Positions 38,912 through 47,373 of a DNA stretch of 64,000 nucleotides are shown here, one piece after another. Each line of letters begins with the position of its first letter. Position 1 is the first letter of the stretch. The notes beneath the pieces were generated by a model. It did no database searches and had not been told where the DNA came from. It was given only the letters and a program-made list of their open reading frames with translations. Source of the stretch: Planctomycetota bacterium. Its GTDB lineage: Bacteria > Planctomycetota > UBA1135 > UBA2386. Where the stretch lies: the NCBI GenBank assembly GCA_965223545.1, contig OZ245006.1, forward strand, positions 2,208,001-2,272,000, in the 5' to 3' direction. The position numbers and the translations under genes were made by a program.

Positions 38912-40717
38912 TCAGCGGACGGCGCGGCGCGCCACCGCGCTGAGCAGGTCTCCCGCAAGCACCAGCACAGCACCGCACGCGATGCCCACCAAAAGCACGT
39001 CGTACTGGCCGCGGACGCGCGCATCCGCGATCCAGTAGCCCAACGAGACCACCCCCAGCGTGCCGAGGACGGTGGCTTCCCGCACGCAGGTCTCCCACCG
39101 ATAGAAGAAGTACAGCAAGAAGCGCGGCAGTACGACCGGCCAAACGCCGAACACCGCGATCTGCGGCCGCCGCGCGCCGATCGAGCGCAGTGGCGCCAGC
39201 GGTCGGCGATCGACGTTCTCCACGACTTCGGCGCCGAGACGGCCGAGGATGCCCGCGTTGTGGATCGCCAACGCGGCCACGGCCGCCCATGCGCCGGGAC
39301 CGAGCACGGCGACGGCGAAGAAAGCCCATACGTACTCCGGGATCGCGCGCCAGACGATCAGCACCCCGCGCGCCACCCACAGGGTCAGCACGCCGAGCGG
39401 CCCGATCGCGGCGGTCGCGCGCACCGCCGCGAAGCCGTCACCGGCCACGAACGCCCGCGACGCCGGCCAGCACAGCAGCAGCGCACCGACGCCGGCGATG
39501 GCAATCGCCAGGATGGAGATCGCCAAGGTCGCGGCGGTCGCGGCGGCGCCGTGCGCATCCCAGAGCTCACCGAGCCAGCCGCCGAACGCGGTCCAGCTCC
39601 ACGGCTGGTCGCGCAGTGGGTACGGATACACCTCGCGCGCGAAGCGCTGCAGGTTGGCGGCGCGCCGCTCGCTGGTCAGCTCGGCCAAGTCGGCACCGAA
39701 CCCACCCGCCCACCACGCCCACAGCATCAGACCCGCAGCCACGACCACACTGATGCGCACGAACCGGCTGCGCGGCCGGGCGCGGTGGAGCGCGCGCGCG
39801 CCGCCGCCGAGCAGCGGCCGGCACGACGCCACGCCGCCACCGATCAGATGGCGCCGCAGCACTCCGCTCCAGGCATCGAAGACCAACACCAGGAGCAGCA
39901 GGACGTACAGATAGGTCCAGACCTCGCCGTAGTTGGTGGCGAGGAACGACTGCCGCAAGTAGAGCCCGAGGGTTTCGAAGCCGAAGAAGCCGAGCACGGC
40001 AGATGCCCGCAGGGCGCATTCGAAGCGATAGAACGCGTAGCTCACCATGTCCGGCATGGCGCGCGGGACGAGGCCGAGCAGGTAGACCGCGCCGTTGCTG
40101 GCCCCGGCCGCACGGAGTGCGCGCGCCGCATCGCGCGGCGCCTCGTCGACCATCTCGGCGAAGATCTTCCCCAGGGTGGCACCGAACGGAAGCGCGATCG
40201 CGATCAGGGCGGCGGCGTTGGAGAAGCCGAACGCGATCAACAGGAGGACCGCCCACAAGATCTCGTGCACCGAGCGCAGCACGGCCAAGACCGCGCGCGT
40301 CCCGCCGTACACCAGCGGCGCCACCGTTCGGCGCAGCCACGCGCGCCAGGGCGAGCGCGCGCCGGCCGGGTCGCCGGCCCACCAGGCCGTCGAGGCAAAG
40401 AAGCCCATGACGACACCCAGCACCAAGGCCAAGGCCATCGCCGCCGCGGCGAACTTCACCGTATTGCCCGCGGCGATCAGTGCACCCCACAGCAGCGACG
40501 GAGCGCCCGGTGGCACGAACTCGGCCTCCGAGCTGAGCGCCGGCGTGGCCGCACGCGCCAGGAATTGGAGCAGCACGTCGACTCCCGCCGGCGAAGGCCA
40601 CAGGTCGCGCAAGCTCAGCTCCAACCAGTGCGCCGATAGCAGGGCGGCGGCGGCGATGGCGAGGATGACCAGCGACCGTCCCGCCGGCCGCGGTCGTGGC
40701 GGGCCCGCGAGCGTCAC
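38912..40717 (-). CDS. PhnE/PtxC-like ABC permease, two permease units fused
   Basis: Two copies of the RS/AI.E..WA...G.LG++..E..E and FYR.E..+R...VLG motifs; GTG overlaps the ATPase stop. Confidence 0.85.
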   Translation of the reverse strand: MTLAGPPRPRPAGRSLVILAIAAAALLSAHWLELSLRDLWPSPAGVDVLLQFLARAATPALSSEAEFVPPGAPSLLWGALIAAGNTVKFAAAAMALALVLGVVMGFFASTAWWAGDPAGARSPWRAWLRRTVAPLVYGGTRAVLAVLRSVHEILWAVLLLIAFGFSNAAALIAIALPFGATLGKIFAEMVDEAPRDAARALRAAGASNGAVYLLGLVPRAMPDMVSYAFYRFECALRASAVLGFFGFETLGLYLRQSFLATNYGEVWTYLYVLLLLVLVFDAWSGVLRRHLIGGGVASCRPLLGGGARALHRARPRSRFVRISVVVAAGLMLWAWWAGGFGADLAELTSERRAANLQRFAREVYPYPLRDQPWSWTAFGGWLGELWDAHGAAATAATLAISILAIAIAGVGALLLCWPASRAFVAGDGFAAVRATAAIGPLGVLTLWVARGVLIVWRAIPEYVWAFFAVAVLGPGAWAAVAALAIHNAGILGRLGAEVVENVDRRPLAPLRSIGARRPQIAVFGVWPVVLPRFLLYFFYRWETCVREATVLGTLGVVSLGYWIADARVRGQYDVLLVGIACGAVLVLAGDLLSAVARRAVR

Positions 40718-41520
40718 GAGAGCGGTGCGGGCTCCCGCTCGAGATCGAACAGGGCGCGCAGCCGGCCGTCGTCGATGCGCGCGGCCTCGCCATCCAGGTC
40801 GACCCGGCCACGGCGCAACCCGATCAGCCGCGGGAAGAAAGCGCACGCCAGCTCGATGTTGTGCAGACTTGCGCAGAACGTGCAGCCGTCCTCGGTCGCC
40901 AAGCGGGTCATCAGTGCCAACGTGTCGCGTGCTCGCGCCGGGTCGACACTCGACACCGGCTCGTCGGCGAGCAACACCGACGGGCGCTGGTAGAGCGCGC
41001 GGGCGATCGCGACCCGCTGCCGTTCGCCGCCGGACAACCGATCGGTGCGCTCGTAGAGCTTGTCGGCGATGCCGACGCGCGCCAGCAGCGCGTGCACCTC
41101 GTCGACTTCGCCGCGCACGGGCCAGAACACGCTCCGCATCGCGCCGAGCAGCGACCGCCTGCCGAGGCGGCCAGCGAGCACGTTGTGCACGACGCGCAGG
41201 TTGGGGATCAGGCCGTGGTCCTGCGGCACGAAGCCGATGCGCAGCCTGGCTGTGCGCAGCCGCGGCGGCGACAGCGCGTCCAGCCGCTCGCCGCCCACGA
41301 CGACAACTCCGGAAGTCGGCCGCGTCATCGCGTTGAACAGCCGCAGCAGCGTCGTCTTGCCGGCTCCGCTGGGACCGATGAGTCCGACGTGCTCACCGGC
41401 GGCGACGTGCAGATCGACGCCCTCGAGCGCGGCATGTGCGCCGAAGCGAACCGAGACCCCCCTCAGCTCCAGCGCAGCTCCGGGCGGGTTCTCGGCGAGT
41501 TCGCTGCCGCGCGGACTCAC
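40714..41520 (-). CDS. PhnC-like ABC ATP-binding protein
   Basis: GPSGAGKTT, LSGGERQRVAIARAL, LADEPVSSVDP. Confidence 0.92.
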   Translation of the reverse strand: MSPRGSELAENPPGAALELRGVSVRFGAHAALEGVDLHVAAGEHVGLIGPSGAGKTTLLRLFNAMTRPTSGVVVVGGERLDALSPPRLRTARLRIGFVPQDHGLIPNLRVVHNVLAGRLGRRSLLGAMRSVFWPVRGEVDEVHALLARVGIADKLYERTDRLSGGERQRVAIARALYQRPSVLLADEPVSSVDPARARDTLALMTRLATEDGCTFCASLHNIELACAFFPRLIGLRRGRVDLDGEAARIDDGRLRALFDLEREPAPLS

Positions 41521-42428
41521 TGCCGCACGAAGTCGAGCTCCAGCGCCAACTCGCGAATCTGCGCGAAGTCCTCGTTCTTGGCGGCGATCAGCCGCTCACG
41601 CTCGAATGCGGCCAGCAGCGTTGGGTCGGTCATCGCCAACAGGACTTCTTGGATCTTTGCAGTCGTGCCGGCACCGAAGGTCTCGTCGATCGAAGGGTGC
41701 GCAGTGAGGTTGTAGTCGGCGTAGGGTGGCGTCTTCCACACGATCCGACAGACGTCGGGGTCGATGCGTCCCTCGGCGACGAAGCGGTCGTAGCGCTTGT
41801 AGTTCACCGCGCCGGCTTGGTAGGTGCCCGCGGCGACTTGCTCGATGGTCTTGTCGTGGCTGCCGGAGTAGGCGTTGGGCGCACCGAAGAACTCGGCCGG
41901 CGACTTGCCGGTGTGCTTGCGGATGAAGTGCTCCGGCATCAGCCGACCGGAGGTTGAGTCTTCCGAACCAAAGGTGAACTTCAGTTCGCCGAGACCCGCC
42001 GGGAACGAGTCGCTGCGCTCGAGACCGGTGTCGCGATGTGCGATGAAGTAGGAGTGGAAGTTCGGGTCGGCCGCGCCCTGGGCGATGGCCTGCGCACCGG
42101 ACACCGCGTGCCGCGCTTGCACGCCGCTCAGTCCGCCGAACCACGCCAGCTGCACATCGCCGCTCTTGAAGAGCTCGACCGAGTCGGCGTAGCGCGTCAC
42201 CGGCACGTACTCGACCGCGATGCCGAGCTGCTCGGCCAAATAGGCCGCCACCGGCTCGAACTTGGCGCGCAGCGCGGTCGGGTCGGCGTCGGGGATCGCG
42301 GTGAAGCGCAGGGTCTTGGGGCCGGCGGCGGCGTCACCGCAACCGCTGAAGGCGAGGAGAGCCAGCAACGGCGCCGAGAGCACCGCGCGGGAGAATCGGC
42401 CGCGGCCGGTCGGGTTCGTTTCGTACAT
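41517..42428 (-). CDS. PhnD-like ABC substrate-binding lipoprotein (putative selenate subfamily)
   Basis: FTAIPD, LAWFGGLSGVQAR, FTFGS..STSGRLMP, YSGSHDKT, TPPYADYN; lipobox AFSG-C. Confidence 0.85.
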   Translation of the reverse strand: MYETNPTGRGRFSRAVLSAPLLALLAFSGCGDAAAGPKTLRFTAIPDADPTALRAKFEPVAAYLAEQLGIAVEYVPVTRYADSVELFKSGDVQLAWFGGLSGVQARHAVSGAQAIAQGAADPNFHSYFIAHRDTGLERSDSFPAGLGELKFTFGSEDSTSGRLMPEHFIRKHTGKSPAEFFGAPNAYSGSHDKTIEQVAAGTYQAGAVNYKRYDRFVAEGRIDPDVCRIVWKTPPYADYNLTAHPSIDETFGAGTTAKIQEVLLAMTDPTLLAAFERERLIAAKNEDFAQIRELALELDFVRQ

Positions 42429-42463
42429 CGGTTTTTCCGATACAATGGATCGGTCTTGGCGAT
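42427..42463. promoter_or_regulatory. Two LysR-type T-N11-A boxes
   Basis: ATCGG-TTTTT-CCGAT (42427-42441) and ATCG-N7-CGAT (42449-42463), 22 bp apart, between the divergent SBP and LysR genes. Confidence 0.65.
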
Positions 42464-42507
42464 CTTAGCGCGCCGCCGGAGCGGCGCAAGCGGACGCCCC
42501 CGTTGCC

Positions 42508-43386
42508 GTGGCCACCACCGACCCGCTTTCCCTCCGCCAGCTCGAGCTCCTCGCGGCGCTCGCCGACGAGGGCTCGTTCACGCGGACCGCGCGACGGCTC
42601 GGCCTGAGCCAGTCGACGGTCAGCGAGCACGTCGCCGACCTCGAGCGCCGGCTCGAGCTCCGGTTGGTGGAGCGGCGCCGCAGCGGCGTGGTGCCGACGA
42701 CCGCCGGGGCGGCCCTGCTGCAGCACGCACGCTCGGCGGTGCGTGCCGAGCAGGCCCTGCGTCAGGCAGCGGCCGCCCTGCGCGGCGTGCTCGCCGGCGA
42801 GCTCGTCGTCGGCGCGAGCTCGATCCCGGAAGTGCACCTCGTGCCCGAGCGCCTCGCCGCGTTCCGCGCGGCGCACCCGGCGGTCGAGCTGCGCCTGCGC
42901 ACCGGCAGCTCGCAGCGGATGCTGGCGGCGTTGGCCGCCGGCGAGATCGACGTCGCCGTCGTCGGCTCGGCTCCGGCCAGCGCGGCACTCGAGGCGCGCG
43001 CAATCGCGCACGATGAGATCGTGCTGATCTGCGCGGCCGGCGACCCACTCGCCGATCGCGACGAGGTCGAGCGGGACGAGCTGCTGGCGGCGCCGATGGT
43101 GCTGCGCGAGAGCGGCTCCGGCACGCGCAAGGCAGCACTGCACGCTCTGGGCCGCGAGCCGGCGCAGGTCGTGCTCGAAGTCAGCAGCAGCGAGGCCGCG
43201 ATCGCCGCGGTGCGCGCCGGGCTCGGCGTCAGCCTGGTTTCGCGGCTCGCGGTCGAAGGGAACGCGCGCGACGGAGTCGTGATCGTGCCAGTGCAGGGCT
43301 GGCAAGCGGCACGCGCGTTCTATGTGGTCACTCGCGCGGCGCGCGTACGCACGCCGGCGGCCGAGGCATTCCTGCAGATGGCGTGA
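42508..43386 (+). CDS. LysR family regulator (CysL/selenium-associated-like)
   Basis: SFTRTARRLGLSQSTVS HTH, GASSIP, RESGSGTR. Confidence 0.9.
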   Translation: MATTDPLSLRQLELLAALADEGSFTRTARRLGLSQSTVSEHVADLERRLELRLVERRRSGVVPTTAGAALLQHARSAVRAEQALRQAAAALRGVLAGELVVGASSIPEVHLVPERLAAFRAAHPAVELRLRTGSSQRMLAALAAGEIDVAVVGSAPASAALEARAIAHDEIVLICAAGDPLADRDEVERDELLAAPMVLRESGSGTRKAALHALGREPAQVVLEVSSSEAAIAAVRAGLGVSLVSRLAVEGNARDGVVIVPVQGWQAARAFYVVTRAARVRTPAAEAFLQMA

Positions 43387-43399
43387 TTGCAGAACGCGC

Positions 43400-45277
43400 T
43401 CAGAACAAGCCCGCCAACACTTCCAGGCGCGTGCGGGCACGAACCAGAGAGCTCTCGTCCCGAGCCACCTCGGTCGCAGTGATGAAGCCGCGCTTGGCCA
43501 GCACGCGGCTGCGATCGAGCTGCTTCTCCAGCACCTCGACCTCGGACTTCGCGACCTCCAGCTCGGCGCGCGCGATGCCGCGCAGCGCCTCGAACTTGTC
43601 GCGCGCGACTTGGTAGTCGATCTCGGCGACGTGCACCTCCTCCGAGCCGATCACGCCCGAGGCCGAACGCGCATTGACGAGCGCCAAGCGCGCCTTCGCC
43701 AGCTCGGTCGCACCGCGCGATTCGATCGTGCGCGTCACGAGATCGATGAGATCGGAAGCGACCGCTCCGCGACCGATCCCGACGTTGGTCACCGGGTCTC
43801 GCCGGCCGCCGGATCCGGGTCGCGCGACGAGCGGATCCCGAGCCGCTGGCTCCTCAGCCACGGGCTGAAACGCGGCAACCCTGTCTGCCGGCGCCACTGC
43901 CGTTCCCGGCGCCTCGAGCTCCGCCTGTCGCTGCAACAGCCGCTCGAGCTCGGCATGCAGCACGCGAATCCGCTCGCCCAGCTCGAGGTACTCGACACTC
44001 TCGTCGTACGTGACCTCGGGCTTCGACTCGGCCATCGGCTCGGCCTCGATCGGACGAACGCTCGGCTGCTCAGCGCTCGGCCGTCGCTCGGGATCCTGCG
44101 CGACCGCCGGCCGCACACCGAAAGTCGCCGCCATCGCCAGGACCAGCGCCGTGGTGCCGACCACCGCGCCCCATCGTTCGCGCACCGAGCACGGCGCGTC
44201 CATCGAGTTCTTCCGTCGAGCCAACATGTCCATCCTCTTCAACAGCTGCGAGCGCGCGCCGGCCATCGGCGCCACGCCCTGGAGACCATTCGTGCAGCGC
44301 GCCGGCCGCTCGCAGAGGGCGAGCAACGCGCGCAGATACGCCGCGGTGCCGACGCGGGCAGCCGCGCCACGGTCGGCGCGCTGCTCGCTGGCGAGTTCGG
44401 CCCGCCGGCGCAACACCCAGAACAGCGGGTGCGCGTAGAGCGCGGGGGCCGCTGCCGCAAACAGCGCACGGCCGCGCGGATCGCGTTGCCGCGCATGCTG
44501 GAGTTCGTGCCAGAGCACGGGCCAGAGCACCGCGCGCATTTCCGGCTCGCAAAGGGCGCGGGGGAGCAGCACGACCGGCCGGCGCCAGCCACAACACAAC
44601 GGCGAGCGCAGACCGGCGACGACGCGCACTCGAACGTCGGCGATCCACGGGGCAGCGCGCTGCGCGGCACCCAGCTCGCCGACGAGCCACTCCGGCGGAG
44701 CGATCGCCGCCCGCCGCAGCCGCGCCAAGCGCCACACGCCGAGCAAGCCGAACAGCACCCAACCGAGACTGCCCAAGAGCAGCGCGGCGACGAGCCAGCG
44801 TGCACCTCCGCCGTTCGTGGCGGGGCTTGAGGGCCGCATTCCGAGCAAGTCGAGCGGCTCGGCGAGGTGGTGACGCGGCGCGGGAGCCGACGCGGCGTCC
44901 ACGACGGCTGCACGCGGCACTCCGGGCGGGACTGCCGGCTGCTCGGCAACCTCGATTGCCGTGGTCGACGGTGGCGGTCTCCGTGGCGATTCGAGGGGCT
45001 CGAGGGGCTCGGCCCCGAGCACGGGCTGCCCGGCCGCGGTTGTCCAGTCATTCCAAAGCCGGGGCAGCGGGAGGGTCGCGAGCAGCGCCCAGAGCAGCGA
45101 CGCCGCCACGGCCAGCTCGGCGGCGTGCTGTCTGCGCTCGGCACGCCGACAGCGCAGGCCGACCAACCAACCGACCGCGAGCAGCGCAGTGACGCCGCCA
45201 CCCCACAACAGCGCGTGCTCCAACACCCAATCCACGGGCAGTCCCAGCACGGCTCCGGCCCCGTCGTCGCCGATCAC
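43400..45277 (-). CDS. BlaR1/MecR1-like M56 metallopeptidase signal transducer
   Basis: TM segments, HELQH..QRD, HPLFW, E..AD; GTG overlaps the blaI-like stop. Confidence 0.85.
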   Translation of the reverse strand: MIGDDGAGAVLGLPVDWVLEHALLWGGGVTALLAVGWLVGLRCRRAERRQHAAELAVAASLLWALLATLPLPRLWNDWTTAAGQPVLGAEPLEPLESPRRPPPSTTAIEVAEQPAVPPGVPRAAVVDAASAPAPRHHLAEPLDLLGMRPSSPATNGGGARWLVAALLLGSLGWVLFGLLGVWRLARLRRAAIAPPEWLVGELGAAQRAAPWIADVRVRVVAGLRSPLCCGWRRPVVLLPRALCEPEMRAVLWPVLWHELQHARQRDPRGRALFAAAAPALYAHPLFWVLRRRAELASEQRADRGAAARVGTAAYLRALLALCERPARCTNGLQGVAPMAGARSQLLKRMDMLARRKNSMDAPCSVRERWGAVVGTTALVLAMAATFGVRPAVAQDPERRPSAEQPSVRPIEAEPMAESKPEVTYDESVEYLELGERIRVLHAELERLLQRQAELEAPGTAVAPADRVAAFQPVAEEPAARDPLVARPGSGGRRDPVTNVGIGRGAVASDLIDLVTRTIESRGATELAKARLALVNARSASGVIGSEEVHVAEIDYQVARDKFEALRGIARAELEVAKSEVEVLEKQLDRSRVLAKRGFITATEVARDESSLVRARTRLEVLAGLF

Positions 45278-45669
45278 CGCGATCGCCTCCGCCCACGGCG
45301 CTCGACCTCGTCGAGCAGCGCCCGCATCTTCTGCAGCTCGCCGCTGTTTGGCCGCCTCGCCTGCAGCGCGCTCGCCACCAGCTGATCCAATGCACCGTCG
45401 AAGACCCGCTCGAGCACGCCGCGCACCACGTGGCGGCTGGTCAATTCGCGCGGCCTCACAGCGCGATAGACGAACGAGCGGCCAACGGTGCGGTGCACGA
45501 CCAAGCCCTTCTCCTCCATCGTGCGCAAGAAAGCCTGCACCGTGTTCTGCACGATGGGCAGGTCGTCGCGCAGCGCTTCGTAGACCTGGCGCACGGTGCT
45601 TTCGCCGCGCTCCCACAGCACTTTGAGAATGTCGAGCTCGCGCTCGGTCGGCTCGGGCAGTTCGACCAT
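45274..45669 (-). CDS. BlaI/MecI/CopY family repressor
   Basis: TERELDILKVLWERGESTVRQV, TVQAFLRTMEEKGLV, FDG. Confidence 0.93.
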   Translation of the reverse strand: MVELPEPTERELDILKVLWERGESTVRQVYEALRDDLPIVQNTVQAFLRTMEEKGLVVHRTVGRSFVYRAVRPRELTSRHVVRGVLERVFDGALDQLVASALQARRPNSGELQKMRALLDEVERRGRRRSR

Positions 45670-45679
45670 ATAGCTGACC

Positions 45680-45707
45680 ATTCTAAACTTAGCTTTCTAA
45701 GCGTCAA
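45680..45707 (-). promoter_or_regulatory. Sigma70 promoter with overlapping palindromic operator for the blaI-blaR operon
   Basis: Minus strand TTGACG-16 nt-TAGAAT; palindromes CTAA-AC-TTAG (45683-45692) and CTTAG-CTTT-CTAAG (45688-45701). Confidence 0.65.
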
Positions 45708-45806
45708 GGCGCGGAGGGGTCGGAGTTTTGCCCCGAATCCGCGCCTCGCTCTCCGCTGCATCACCGCTAGAATCCGCGCCGGCCCAAGCAAGGACAGCCC
45801 GGACCC

Positions 45807-47057
45807 GTGACCGAGACCACACCGCTCTCCGCCGATCCCTCACTCGCCGACCTCGATCCGACGCTCGCCGAATGGCTGGGCAAGGAGGACGCGCGCCAGG
45901 CCGGCACGCTCACCCTGATCGCGTCCGAGAACCACACCTCGCGTGCCGTGCGCGCCGCAGTCGCCAGTCGGCTGACCGACAAGTACGCCGAGGGGTATCC
46001 GGGCGCCCGCTATTACGGCGGTTGTGAAATCGCGGATGAGATCGAGTCCCTGGCGCGTCGCCGCGCCCTGGCGCTGTTCCCCGGAGCCGAGCACGCGAAC
46101 GTGCAGCCGCACTCCGGCACCTCGGCCAACCTCGCCGTGCTCGCCGCGCTGGCCGGCCCCGGTGGCAAGATCGTCGGCATGGCGCTCAACGCGGGCGGGC
46201 ACCTCAGCCACGGCCATCCGGTGAGCCACACCGGCAAGCTGTTCGACCCGACGCAATACACCGTCGACCCCGACACCGGCCTGATCGACTACGACGCCGT
46301 GCGGTCCCTGGTGAAGGAGCATCGCCCCGCCGTCTTGATCGCCGGCGGCAGCTCCTACCCGCGAACGATCGATTACGAGCGCATGGCCTCGATCGCTCAC
46401 CAGCACGAGGCGCTGCTGCTCGCCGACATCGCCCACCCGGCCGGTCTGATCGCCACCGGCTGCATGCCTTCGCCGCTGCCGCACGCCGACGTGGTCACCA
46501 TGACCACCCACAAGACCCTGCGCGGCCCCCGCGGCGGGATGATCCTCTGCCGCGAGGAGCTCGCCAAGAAGATCGACCGCTCGACGTTCCCGGGCGCACA
46601 GGGTGGGCCGCTGATGCACCAAATCGCGGCCAAGGCGGTCGCTTTCCAGGAGGCCGCGACACCCGCATTCCGCGACTACCAAGCGCAGGTGCAGGAGAAC
46701 GCCGCACGCCTGGCAAAGACTCTCCTGGGCCACGGACTCGCCATCGTCACCGGCGGCACCGACAGCCACATCGTCCTGGTCGACCTACGCGGCACAGACG
46801 CGACCGGCGCCGAAATCGAAGCCAAGGCCCGCGCCGCCGACATCGTGCTCAACAAGAACATGATCCCCGGCGACCCCCGCTCGCCCCGCGAAACCAGCGG
46901 CATCCGCATCGGCACCGCCGCAGTCACCTCCAGAGGCATGACCGCCGAACAGATGGACGAAATCGCCAGCGTCCTCGCCGGCCTAGTCCGCGGCGAAGCA
47001 CCAGAGTCCTTCAAACCGACCATCGCCACCCTCTGCAGTCGCTTCCCACTACCGTAA
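45807..47057 (+). CDS. glyA: Serine hydroxymethyltransferase
   Basis: LIASEN, KYAEGYPGARYYGGC, GGHLSHG, TTHKTLRGPRGG, QGGPLMH, GIRIGT. Confidence 0.97.
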   Translation: MTETTPLSADPSLADLDPTLAEWLGKEDARQAGTLTLIASENHTSRAVRAAVASRLTDKYAEGYPGARYYGGCEIADEIESLARRRALALFPGAEHANVQPHSGTSANLAVLAALAGPGGKIVGMALNAGGHLSHGHPVSHTGKLFDPTQYTVDPDTGLIDYDAVRSLVKEHRPAVLIAGGSSYPRTIDYERMASIAHQHEALLLADIAHPAGLIATGCMPSPLPHADVVTMTTHKTLRGPRGGMILCREELAKKIDRSTFPGAQGGPLMHQIAAKAVAFQEAATPAFRDYQAQVQENAARLAKTLLGHGLAIVTGGTDSHIVLVDLRGTDATGAEIEAKARAADIVLNKNMIPGDPRSPRETSGIRIGTAAVTSRGMTAEQMDEIASVLAGLVRGEAPESFKPTIATLCSRFPLP

Positions 47058-47373
47058 GAAGCCCCCCCACCCCAGACGACTCAACCGCGGCATCAAGCCC
47101 GGCCGGATCGTCGCAGAACCGTTGCGAACCAGCCTCAGCTCCGGAGCTCGAGGTGGTGAGAGCCCTGGGCGTGCCGCATGCGCGCTCCCCCGGCCTCTGG
47201 ATCCAGAGCTGCGGGCGGCGGTCCTGTCGTGTTGCGTGGCTACGCCTGGATAGAAGGTCGCGCATTCAAGATCGCGCGGTTCGTCGCGGAGTGATGCGCA
47301 CTCGCCTCAGCTCCGTCACCGTCGGCAGCGGTCGCACCCCGTGCCTCGTCTTGGACCGCTGTCGGCGGTGATG

